Part shown: positions 12,501 to 25,600 of the stretch, piece after piece | Position numbering within the stretch: position 1 is the stretch's first letter | Layout of the letters: each line of letters begins with the position of its first letter | From: Pavona decussata | Taxonomy: Eukaryota | NCBI GenBank assembly: GCA_977016875.1 | Contig: CDRNST010000079.1 | Span: forward strand, 1,054,001-1,118,000 | Direction of reading: 5' to 3' | DNA length: 64,000 nucleotides | Notes under the pieces: model-generated | What the model was told of the DNA's origin: nothing | The model's database searches: none | What the model saw: the letters and a program-made list of their open reading frames with translations, nothing else | Program-made: the position numbers and the translations under genes

Positions 12501-15400
12501 GATAGAGTAGAGCCTGCTAGATTGACAGCCTCGCATGCGTAAAAGCCACTGTCTTCTGGCTCGACATTTTCCATAACAAAAGTGCTTTTGTCACCGTTCC
12601 TCTCGATGTCAGCCCTTCGAGTTACTGTGGTGCCGTTTTTCTTCCATTTGACCTCGGCATTAGGGTCATTGACTACACAAGTCAATATAAAATAATCTCC
12701 TGGCTGAAGTGGAAGATATGACTTTGGGATTATTTCAGCAGTTGATTTCTCTAATGTTAAATAAAGAGAGAGATAAACAGTAAGTGCTCTCAGTAAGATA
12801 CCTGACATGGAGGAAAGGACGAGGCTTTTGGTGCACTAGTACTTCGAAATTTAAACAAATTAGAATAATCAATAGCGATAAACCAATCTACTCAGCTGGC
12901 TTGAAGAGTATGTGATATTGTATGTCATTTTTTTAAGCGTTTTCTTACAGTAAAGTTACTTTTTAGTACATATTAGTGTTCTTTTAGTGGTAATGATTGC
13001 TTTTCGTTCGCGGCAGTGGCATGAAATCTCAAATTAATTGTTCATTTTTCTTAGTCACGCTCTATGACGTTCGCAACATCCTGAGTCAGTTTCAAGTGCT
13101 TTTAGTAGACAACTGTCTCTGTGTACGTTGAACATTCTATTGCTACACCGTGTAAACGAGAGCCAACCAGCTCGAAACAGCTGTCCACAGTTGCATTTTT
13201 TACTTTCGGTTTGGTCTCTATCATATCTCTGTGGTATTAAGTTTTCTACGCAGTATCAGCTCTGCTTAATTTTACTTGTAAGTTTATTTTTGGATGATTA
13301 GATATTTCGTATACCAGCGACATTTTCGTTTGCGCTTTGTCACTTTTTTACTTGTTATAAAAATATTTCCCCGTGTTGGACTGTGTCGTGAAAATAGGTC
13401 GAGACGTTCTTGATACATAGAACAAACTTGGGAGTTTTCCTTAAGGAGATAAAAGAAACACCGGACATCTTTTTTTTTAGATAACGTCCAAGCGATCACC
13501 GCCTAAAAAAATGTTCTGCAGTCTACCCTGAGACGTTCGCGCAATATGGTGTCTCCTAGACGGGCCACGTGCCACTTTTGGCAAGCACTGATTGTTTGGT
13601 TATTTGGGGCAGTCAAGGCTGGAAAAAAGGTATGTCTTCGGCCCTTTTTTCTCTCTCCTTCAGCGTTCGTTTTTCCCTGCATTATTGACGCCAAGGTGAA
13701 ACAAAGCATTACATTCTTTCTTAATTGACCTGATAAAGAAGATAACAAAAACTCGTTTCTGATTCAAATCTCCCCTCAAAATAGTGTGTGCCTAATTTTG
13801 CACAAAAAAAGAAGTATGTAAACGTTTTCAACTGAAGATAAAAAGCACACCTATTACATGAAGAGTTGAAATGGCTTCTGCTTCTCCGACTCTGTTTTTT
13901 GCTGTACACATGTATGCTCCCTCCATGTGTTTTACAGTGTCTGGTAACTGGAGCAGTGATTCTTTTTCAGTATTTTTAACTGTTGCCACTGAGGGGAGGC
14001 CTCCATTCTCAAAACTCCAGCTCACATTTGGCTTTGGGACACCACTGGCATTGCAGCTAATGTTGATAGTTTTGCCTTCAGGGACAGTTTGGTTACTTGG
14101 AAAAACATCAACCTGGGAAGAGGCTAAAGGAGACGAGACAAATATATCAATTAACGTGGATATGTTAATAAATCTGTCTGCAACGCGTTTCTAACATACC
14201 TGTCAGGTAGTTATTGTATTTTGACATGTCTGGATGTAAGGCGAGGCAAGGGGAATGCCATAGTTAGGTTTACAAAGCTGCTTTCTGTAGCATGGACTCA
14301 CTAAGTCCCAACCATAATGGCCCCCTCGTCTCCCCCACAGGCACACACATAGGAGAATAGGAAGACAAGTAAAAGCACGATTTGTGTGACTTTTTCAGAA
14401 ATTTAGCTGAAAACATTTTGATATAGTAGGTGAGTGATACCTGAAATTGAACTTATCATGACAACCAATTCTCGACAGACATATTCTGTAGAAAGTAACT
14501 ACTTCTCTGTCTAATGAGAAGGACTTCCCTTTCTTAGCGTAATTTTTTTTTTCAGCCCATTTTGGTGTTCTTCTGTTGCTTTTGATTACTTTTTGTTTAA
14601 TTTTGGTGGTTTTCTAAAGTTTCAGGATAATCCAGAAATCCAAAATTACCACCATCTCAAAAGCATGACGTTATTCTCCCGTGATATGACGTTGGAGGAA
14701 CTATTTATCCTCCTAGTGTAATTCAGTGTCGTTACCATTCTCGGAATTATCGAAGAATACAAAATGGCCTTGTCTAGATAGGCTGAGTATAATCACTGAA
14801 GAAACCTTCAGTCGACAAAGGTAACTTTCAGTAAAACTTTAAATTGGTATCGATTGGTATCGATTGTCATGGATTTTCGATTCCATCGATTGGATACCCC
14901 GGGATTATTGTAGTTCTCGTCTGGGTTTTCCTAGAGCGGGAGGGAAAGGGGGGGGGGGGGGAGCTTGGCTGTGGCTCGTGCTCCCGGAGCCCCCTCGTCC
15001 CTGGAATCCGTCCTTCTCCTTTTGGGAGGCTCCGTCCCTTTCCTATTTATCCTTTGCAAACACTTTCGGGAGCGAGAGTCGCCTGGGTGTGGCATGGCTC
15101 CCGGGGCTGCCCTCGCTCTCGCGATGTTAAGTATGAAAGGAAACAAACAAAAAATAGACCATTCATTAAAAAAGAGCAGTATGAATGCGGACAAAAAATG
15201 TTAAACTTAGTACAATTAACCCAAATCGGCCGAGAATTGGGTGGCATGATATCTTGTACACGGCACATGAGTAAGCCGCGCAAGCATGCCACAAGTTAAC
15301 TTGATATCACAGCAATATTTACAGTCGTGATTTCTTAAACATTGTAATGCGCAGATGGAAATGTTCAACTGATATTGGGCAATGATAGTTATTGTTATTA

Positions 15401-15475
<75 letters not shown>

Positions 15476-18400
15476 GGTGCTGTTCGGGCGGTTCCTGATG
15501 TCATATGAGCATTGACGTATGAAATTTTCACTGGTAACTTAACAACATTTTGTAGACTTTTTCAGGCCCAAATTGCTTTCAGTTTCATCTCCCAAAATAG
15601 ACATTATGTATAAAAAAAAGTGTGTACCGTACTTATGTTCCTGGATAATTCGCTCACATTGCACAAGTTTAACAGTTTAAAATAGTCACAAGTAGATCAG
15701 GCAATATGAATATCTATTTCTAAGTGACGTTGTCGTTGACGTTGCCGTTGCCGTCTTGCTTTTTTAAGGTTTCGTATTCAGGTACTAATGCCCGGCTTTT
15801 GCAAGTAGATATAAAAATTGAAGCTACTTACCTGGACAAGGTCTACTGTTGCAGTCCAAATTAATCTCAGTGGGATCACCAGTGCAGTTAGCTCCCCCAT
15901 TTGAGGGGGGTGGGTTTGTACATGCTCTTGTTCGGCTTTGTTTTCCCTGTCCACATGTAACACTACAATCAGAATAGGTCCACCTTGACCACCCGCCATC
16001 GACTGCAACATTAGAGAATATTTTCATTTTCATTAGAGAATATTTTCGGTAAAGAGAGGAACTATCGTTTTCCTATCATACGTTTACGGCGAATTGAGGA
16101 AGTTTGGATAAATCAAATTGTGACGTGCACGTAAACGCTACGTTAGAGAGAATAACTGGCTTTAACTGGTAAATGTAGAGAGCGACTATTATTTTCTAAC
16201 AGTATATTTAGCGAATTGAAAAAGCTTGAAAAATTACTTGATGAAGTGCAGATATAATAAGCTACATAAGAGAACAAGAACTATGTTCTACTGAATGTGA
16301 TACCCTTGGAAAGATTGGTAGACTACATTCACAGCACTATTTAAGCTACAGCTGACTATGCATTATGGATGCAAATGTTGTCACTCCCTCGACATGAGGT
16401 GTTGAAAAATGTTAGATAGCAAAATGTAATTGTGCATATATATTTTGTAGTCATTCACGTGCACGGAATTATACATGTCATAACCAGGATCGCGATAAGA
16501 TGTAATAAAAAGAACGTCGGGAACTTTGCTGCCAGCGGAAAATACGAAGTGATCGCCGCTAGTCAGTTGTATTTGATCACTGGTCGTACTTGCAAAAACC
16601 CGCAGTACTCGCATGCTCGCGAATGCTCGTAAAGACGATTCGATGCCTTTAATCTTAGTGTTACTCACTTGGGCATGGGTGTGTGTTACATTGTTCAGTC
16701 ATTTTTGAGTCTCCTGTACAGTTTTTTCCACCAGGCGAAGGAGGCGGGCTTGTGCAGGTGCGCGATCGGGATCGAGACCCCCCAGGGAAACATGATCCAC
16801 TGCACATTGTCCAAGCACCCCACAAAGCCCAGTTGCCATCTGGTTATGTTTAAAAAAGAAAACAAAAGTTAAATGCATATTCCAACTGAGTCTCCTTTAA
16901 TATAAGGGAAATAAATCACCATGCAAGAACTTTGGGGCAAAGTGCGGAGAAGATTCGGAGAAAGGAAGGTGAACCAAGCGTGTTCATGTATTAGATAATA
17001 TGTAAAGAAACAACGCTTGACATTCATCGGTCTTTATTTAGGGTCAAAGACTTTGCTCTGTTAACATGAAATTTAGTATAAGGACTTTGCTCTGTTGACA
17101 TGAAATTTAGTATAAGGTAAGAACTACGGCGTATCTAGTGAAAACCAGGTGGTAATTTCGGACAACAAAAGATTGTCCTGCAACTGAGCAATTTTGTTCT
17201 TATTGTACATAATTGTTTATAGTAATTTTAGTACATATTCTAAAAATAGTTTGACATTTTTCGCAATTATGAGTGCAAAATAAATAATTTTTAATTTTTT
17301 ATATCCATGTAAATATCAATAAGGCGCCATTTCGTTTCAGTTATGAAGTTTCTTGTGTTTCGATCTGGTTCATATTGTGCTTTCCTGGCAAGAAATATAT
17401 ATTTAATTGCTGCTTATGCTTCATACAGTTTATATATAACGTTTTTCTTAAGTTCTTTTTTGTGCAAGCTCTGTTACCACCAGGCATAGCTAGAACTGAT
17501 CAAACAGACTCATATCCGAGTCAATAATGGGGTAATTTCAGGGGATTGAGCTCTTTCGCAGGCTCGATGGCCAATTGCATTTTTGAAATAATATATACTA
17601 GTTAACCAGTTTAACCTTGACTTGTCATCTCTGTTGATAAGCCAAACATTCGTTTTAAGCCTATCTAGACCGGGGAGGGGGATTCTGCCCGTGCCAACTT
17701 TGAATATTAAGATCGATTTTTCAAAAATAAATCAAGAATAATTCTTACGTCTTAGAATTCTGTCCATTATACGCTCAGAAAGCACTCCAGGGTTGATGCC
17801 TGGCTGAACGGAAATAACATCCAGAGGATTTGGTGAAATAATACGCAGCTGTGTTCTATTCACATTTCCTATGGTCACAGAAATCACCAAAATCTTGTTG
17901 TTTTCTAAAGGTCTCACGGCAGCTGTTAGGGTGTCCTTATTATCAGTCGGGGAATTACTGTCTGTGATAACAACAAGGACTTTCTTGGCCTTGGGACGCC
18001 CCATTGTTTCAGTGAAGACGCGGAGAGTTTTTTCAAGTGAACCTCTCAGAACCGTAGGGCCAGGCGTTGGAGGTTGAGTGTCAATAGCCGCCTTCACTTC
18101 ACTTGCGCTGGGAGGGAAGGTGTGGTTGAAATTGATTACTCTGTAGGCTTTATTCCCATAAACGATAATGCCGTAGTGTACCTTATTCACACCATATGTG
18201 TCGATAAATCGGTTGATGGTGTTTCTCATCAGTGTATATGTTTGCATTCTGTTGCTGGACGTTGCACTCAGGGCGAACACAAGGTCGATCTTTTTTATGT
18301 TGGGATCTATAGAAAGACAGAGAACGGAGGTGAAAAATCAGTCTTGGTGCATCTATCTTGTATCAACAGTAAATGATCTAAATGTACTATCTACCCAACC

Positions 18401-19612
18401 TATAGAGTAGGTTCACGATGGCCATATTGGAGGAGCAAAACAATAGAATGATTTTACTTTGGAAAATAAATATTTTTTTTTATGCAAATATTTTTTATTG
18501 TTGGACTCTTCCAACATGGCTGCCGTGAAAAGACTCTATAGGAGAATCTTTGATGACATCATTGTTTACATTCTGCGTCATAAGCATACATCAAACAACA
18601 AGGTACGAAAAAAATGGACGCCTAAGCGTTGAAGGGCTTACCACCCAGCCTTACGTTACTTTAAAAGAAGGTAATTAACAACTAAAGTTCTCGAAGGAAA
18701 GCTATCAGGGAACGTCATTAAGCCTTTTATTAGTGAAATAAGCTTTATATTTTCTTTTAACCTTGATTATTGACTAACCTGGGGCTATTGGTGTCCTTGT
18801 GGTAGCTGTAAAGTGAGAGAAATGACATAGATGTAACATGAATAAATACGGTTATTGTATATTATTACTGTACAAGAAATTTGGAAGCGATCCGGAATTT
18901 AAACAAATCAAGACTGAAAGGGAAAAGCGAGGGAGTTGAAAAAGTGGGCATTAAAAGAAATAATAATAAATAAGTAAAACAACAGCAACAGTAACAGCTA
19001 TATCAAAGCAATAAAAAAAAGTGAAGTATGGGAATATATTTTTGTGGTTGGGACTTTCAACAAATTGTATTGGTATTAGACAATTTCTTCTTAGTGAGTA
19101 TAGGCTAATAAGTTGTTAGGTATTTTGTTTGTTGTTGTTACACATGTCGATACAGTTAAGCTTAGTTAAATAGTTAGGTTTATGAGAGAAGTAATTTAAG
19201 TTAAAACTGAAATAAGATGGTTTGCATTGGGTGTAAGACTATGCAATACCTCTTTGAAAGCAAATTGAGTACAAGAAAGAGCATTTAAACATCGTTCAAA
19301 GGAAACTTACGAGGTGAAGGAGTGGTTCCTGTTGGCGCTGTTAAATGAAAGGAAACAAACAAAAAATAGACCATTCATTAAAAAAGAGCAGTATGAATGC
19401 GGACAAAAAATGTTAAACTTAGTACAATTAACCCAAATCGGCCGAGAATTGGGTGGCATGATATCTTGTACACGGCACATGAGTAAGCCGCGCAAGCATG
19501 CCACAAGTTAACTTGATATCACAGCAATATTTACAGTCGTGATTTCTTAACCATTGTAATGCGCAGATGGAAATGTTCAACTGATATTGGGCAATATTAG
19601 TTATTGTTATTA

Positions 19613-19687
<75 letters not shown>

Positions 19688-22600
19688 GGTGCTGTTTGGG
19701 CGGTTCCTGATATCATATGAGCATTGACGTATGAAATTTTCACTGGTAACTTAACAACATTTTGTAGACTTTTTCAGGCCCAAATTGCTTTCAGTTTCAT
19801 CTCCCAAAATAGACATTATGTATAAAAAAAAGTGTGTACCGTACTTATGTTCCTGGATAATTCGCTCACATTGCACAAGTTTAACAGTTTAAAATAGTCA
19901 CAAGTAGATCAGGCAATATGAATATCTATTTCTAAGTGACGTTGTCGTTGACGTTGCCGTCTTGCTTTTTTAAGGTTTCGTATTCAGGTACTAATGCCCG
20001 GCTTTTGCAAGTAGATATAAAAATTGAAGCTACTTACGTGGACAAGGTCCACTGTTGCAGTCCAAATTAATCTCAGTGGGATCACCAGTGCAGTTAGCTC
20101 CCCCATTTGAGGGGGGTGGGTTTGTACATGCTCTTGTCCGGCTTTGTTTTCCCTGTCCACATGTAACACTACAATCAGAATAGGTCCACCTTGACCACCC
20201 GCCATCGACTGCAACATTAGAGAATATTTTCATTTTCATTAGAGAATATTTTCGGTAAAGAGAGGAACTATCGTTTTCCTATCATACGTTTACGGCGAAT
20301 TGAGGAAGTTTGGATAAATCAAATTGTGACGTGCACGTAAACGCTACGTTAGAGAGAATAACTGGCTTTAACTGGTAAATGTAGAGAGCGACTATAATTT
20401 TCTAACAGTATATTTAGCGAATTGAAAAAGCTTGAAAAATTACTTGATGAAGTGCAGATATAATAAGCTACATAAGAGAACAAGAACTATGTTCTACTGA
20501 ATGTGATACCCTTGGAAAGATTGGTAGACTACATTCACAGCACTATTTAAGCTACAGCTGACTATGCATTATGGATGCAAATGTTGTCACTCCCTCGACA
20601 TGAGGTGTTGAAAAATGCTAGATAGCAAAATGTAATTGTGCATATATATTTTGTAGTCATTCACGTGCACGGTGTTGAGTTTGGATTTTCTCTTATCTTT
20701 CTTATCAAAGAAAGGTAACTTTAAAGAAAACTTGTCTTAACATCAACCAATACCCCATTTTATTTTAAAGCGAAGATGGGGAATATTCCAAATAATTTCC
20801 AGAATTGCACTATTGTGGTCATACCTGGACAGGCTTGTGGATTGCATAATCGTGTTTCCATATCCGAGCCAGAACAATTAAATCCATTATTTTGTGGCGG
20901 GGGGCTGTCACAAACACGAGTTCTGTACTGTGTGCCATTTTCGCAAGTCAAGGTACATTGCGTCCAACTCGCCCATGTTGACCAACTACCATTTACTGGA
21001 GAAACAAAAAAAAAAAAAAAAACCCGTGAAATTTCATTCATTAAACGCAACTTATTTGATCTCCTTTTTGATGTATTCAACCATGGACCAAATTGTTATT
21101 AATTGTATCCTTCCTCCATAATGTGGCCCGAATTTATTTTTAATGGCATAAGTTAGTGACTTCAAAATCACGGTCACTGGAAAAACAGAGATAGTTTTGG
21201 CAAGTTCTTGAGCACGCTTAATTTGGGAATTTGATTTTCGAGTTATACCATCATTTACAGCATAGTGGACGATGTCACGAGCAAGTAAAAGTGTTAACAA
21301 ACTTAAAAAAAATTCAAAACTCCATTAATAGTAGAATAAATAAAAAAAAAAAACAAATAAATAAATAAATAAATAAATAAATAAACAAATAAAGAAATAG
21401 AATTAACAACCCAGCAAAAACGAAATGCAACTAAGCAGCTTTCGGATGTCACACATCACGGTTTTGTCAACAGACTCAAAAACTTGAACCAACGTTCAAA
21501 AAGTTTAATTGGATACTTACATTCTCACTCAGGGACTCAGAACTTTAAAAAATATGCATATAATAACAAAAATTACCATATGAAAGCACTGGTACTGATA
21601 TGTTAATGCTATCAGTGAGCCGAGTAAATTTAGGATTTATTTTTCAGTGAACTTCAAAAGTGTGAAAGGAAATCATTAGTTAACTCACTTGGGCAAAGGA
21701 GTGTGTTACATTGTTCGACTTGAGATGTGTCTCCGCTACATGCGCTACCACCGTTGGAAGGAGGTGGGTTAGAGCAGGTGCGGCCTCTGACCCTTGTTCC
21801 TCCACCACATGTTACACTGCATGAGGTCCAAGTACTCCATGGTGTAAACCCGCCATCAACTACGATTAATAAGGAAGAGAGTGATAACTTTTGTACAAAT
21901 AACACTGTTGTCACTGAGTGTGAACGTTTGATTGCATACAAGTATAACTATTTCACTGAAACTTCTAAGGACATAACTAATCTTTTAAGCACACCGACTC
22001 AAGTTGACACAGGTCAAATGAAAACCTCCTTTTTAGTGCTTTGTTGACAATGTGCAGAATTTACATTACAGATAGCGCGCCCCTGTCCTGGGCAGCAACC
22101 AAAATAACTTTAGTGGTGATTGAATCTCCAGTAAATACAATAAGTTTTATTTAGGTGTATTCGCTAAAACGACATTCTATACGAGGCATTTAGGTTTTAG
22201 TAAAAAGAAACTACGTTTCGAAGACATCCTGGCTACATTTTCAAGTAAAAAAAAAGGTCAATGTTCAAGTGGAGTTAATTTAGTTAATTTAATTTAGTGG
22301 AGTTGGCTTTAGCCACTTTATTACACGTGGAGTTAATTTATACAATTCGAAGCCAGGATGTCTTCGAAACGTAGTCTCTTTTCGCTAATTTTACGTTAAA
22401 TTGTTTCTCTAAATCCTTATTTTTTTAGGTATCAGCTGTTCTTTTTTCTTTATTTCTTATTATTTTTTGTTTGTTTGTTTGTTTGTTTGTCTGGTCCTCA
22501 AAAGCGTAGGAAATTCATCCTTACTTTGCCAGTATAAAAGATAGGACAATCACACTTATATATAATATAATAGTACTTTCCAATATGTTTCTTTTGAGGT

Positions 22601-25600
22601 CCGCAGCAGAGAGTGATGACGTTATATGACGTGTGGATTACGTCACAGTTTAAAGCTCCTCGGAGAAACATACATTCTACCACTTGTTTTACAAATTAAA
22701 TTGCGTTTAAAGCCTCCAATCAAATTTTACTGTATTTTCTACCTGAAGGTTATTTGGGCTAGGTTGGATATTAGGGGTATTGAATGGTCCCTTAAAATGT
22801 TCTAGAGCTCGCAAAATGTGGCTTTTGCTCGATTTGCCCGCAAAAATTAAACGAGTGCTCGCTTGCTCGTGCTCGCAAAATTTTCGCAACTGCCAGCATA
22901 CTCGCATTCTCGTTAAAGTTTGCTCGATTGCTCAAAATTTCGTAAATCGACCTAAATCGTATTTTGAAGGTTTCTCTTGGTACATAAATACATCTTTGCG
23001 CGGTAATGAACTCCAATGAACCTGGCTGTGAATTAAGTTCACTTGAAAGCACACAACAATAACATAAGTTAACGCAATTATACATGTCATAACCAGGATC
23101 GCGATAAGATGTAATAAAAACAACGTCGGGAACTTTGCTGCCAGCGGAAAATACGAAGTGATCGCCGCTAGTCAGTTGTATTTGATCACTGGTCGTACTT
23201 GCAAAAACCCGCAGTACTCGCATGCTCGCGAATGCTCGTAAAGACGATTCGATGCCTTTAATCTTAGTGTTACTCACTTGGGCATGGGTGTGTGTTACAT
23301 TGTTCAGTCATTTTTGAGTCTCCTGTACAGTTTTTTCCACCAGGCGAAGGAGGCGGGCTTGTGCAGGTGCGCGATCGGGATCGAGACCCCCCAGGGAAAC
23401 ATGATCCACTGCACATTGTCCAAGCACCCCACAAAGCCCAGTTGCCATCTGGTTATGTTTAAAAAAGAAAACAAAAGTTAAATGCATATTCCAACTGAGT
23501 CTCCTTTAATATAAGGGAAATAAATCACCATGCAAGAACTTTGGGGCAAAGTGCGGAGAAGATTCGGAGAAAGGAAGGTGAACCAAGCGTGTTCATGTAT
23601 TAGATAATATGTAAAGAAACAACGCTTGACATTCATCGGTCTTTATTTAGGGTCAAAGACTTTGCTCTGTTAACATGAAACATGCTCAGGCGAAATCTTG
23701 ATGATTACCTTATAACTAAGAAGACATTATAAAAAGTGACAGATGTTGTAATACTCCTCCAATCCCGATTAAAAATATCATCTTCGGTTCCACGTTCTTA
23801 TTTCAGTATTGTTGATTATTATGCTTCGTAATTTCTGTAAATGGTTGGAACCTAGGAGCCATGTCACAAGTACGTAAATTATGATCATCCAAATGAATGT
23901 AGTGGCTTAAGAAGGACTGTTTGAGGTGTCATTTCAAGTCAATGTCACCTCAAATGGTCCCTCTAATATCTACACTTACCTGGATGTTCATAATTTATGT
24001 ACTTCGTAATTTCCATTTGTAATCTTGTAGACATTAAAGGCTTCCTGCACTTACTCTGACAATCCCCTACGTTACACGCCTCTGCTTCTTGGGATGAACC
24101 GCTGCAATCTGCTCCACCGTGCTGTGGTGGCGGGTTGTTACACTGTCGAGATCTGTCTCTTTGGCAAACCTCGCTGCACGATGACCAGGATGTCCAGGAA
24201 GACCACACTCCATTAACTAACATTCACCAGAAGATAAGGAAAGTCGAAGCATTAAAATACGTTTACGGAAATAATGTGTTGATCACTTCGCGGTTTATCG
24301 ATCTAATGATGAGCTATGCGAGTTCGTAATGTAGTCACTAATGCAGACGAAACCCCTCCAATAAGCACAGGCACAAATGTAACAAAAGCAAAAGGACCCT
24401 TTCTGACTCACACACGATCTTGTTGTTCTTGTGTTGTTAAGCTTGACCCGAGTTACTTCACAATTCATAAGCAAACTCAGTTATTACTACTGATGAACAA
24501 GGGGGGACAAATGTTTACTGACTTACCTGGACAAGGTTGATTGCTGCACTGTTGTGTTTCCGAGCTTTTTCCAATGCAGTCTTTTCCACCATGTTGTGGT
24601 TTAGGATTATTGCAACTACGATTGCGCAACTGTGATCCTCCTCCACACGTGACTGGGCAGTTTGACCATGCTCCCCAAAGCCCCCATCCACCATCAACTG
24701 TTAGTAAAGGAAGTTAAAGTCACACGTAATGAATTTGTCTAACCATAAGTCCCTCAACGTCAGAACTGATTATGTTCAACTTGATTACCATACAATTAAA
24801 GGAGAACTTTAAACACTGAGTTCGGAATGACATATAACTGAATGCTGCTTGTGTAGTGGAGGAGTTACAATTGTAATAAAGAGTTCTGACAGTGTGCTTT
24901 TATTAGTCATGTCTGACGTTGATTATGCACAAGCCTTATAGTTCAAGTTTTATAATGAGAAAAAAAGAAAGGGTAGCTATGATGTGATAGTTAGTCTGTA
25001 AAAGACAAGTAATTGAGCTTTTGTCTGAGCAACAGTTTGAATGAGTGATCACTACTTATTGACTCTCTGAGCGTCTAAATGGCGTCTAAATGGCCAATTT
25101 AGGGGCTGACTGGCTGACTGCATAGCGTTTTGATGAAGTAATTGGCTGACGGGACTGTCTCACAGGTTCACTAAAAAAGTGACCAGCTGACTGTGTAACT
25201 AATGAAACAATTAAATAAGTTGTTGAATGAGAGACCAACAAACCGGCGAGGTTATTATTTGTTTCTTATTAATTCATGGACGCACCTGGGCACTGTTGAG
25301 TGTTACAATCTTCGAATTCCTTATCGTTTCCTGCGCATGGCTGACCACCATGCAGTGGGAACGGATTGCTGCACGTACGAGAACGTAATCGTCTCCCTCC
25401 AGCGCATTGTTTCGTGCAACGAGACCATCTTGACCACCCAGACCAACCACCATCAACTATAACAGAAGAACAATTGATGAGTTTAAAAAGGAATTAAGAC
25501 CTAAAGAGCAAATCAATACCTCAGTAAGGAAGTTTTAGTCAAGCGGTGTATCACTGGCCAATTTTTGCTTTTTATTCCCTACAGAAGAATTTTTTAAAAC

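Larger units (their letters stand above)
15121..17071. repeat. Recent segmental duplication, derived copy (of 19336-20672 plus 23076-23680)
   Basis: 15121-16466 matches 19336-20672 with about 10 differences; 16467-17071 matches 23076-23680 with 1 SNP seen in 605 bp. Confidence 0.95.

Noticed and set aside
15319-15531. Poly-Asn ORF
   Set aside because: Translation of an intronic (ATT)n microsatellite
16770-16790. Possible frameshift in the G run of TSP1 repeats 6 and 10
   Set aside because: Recount gives six G (GGG GGG); both exons are 171 nt and open
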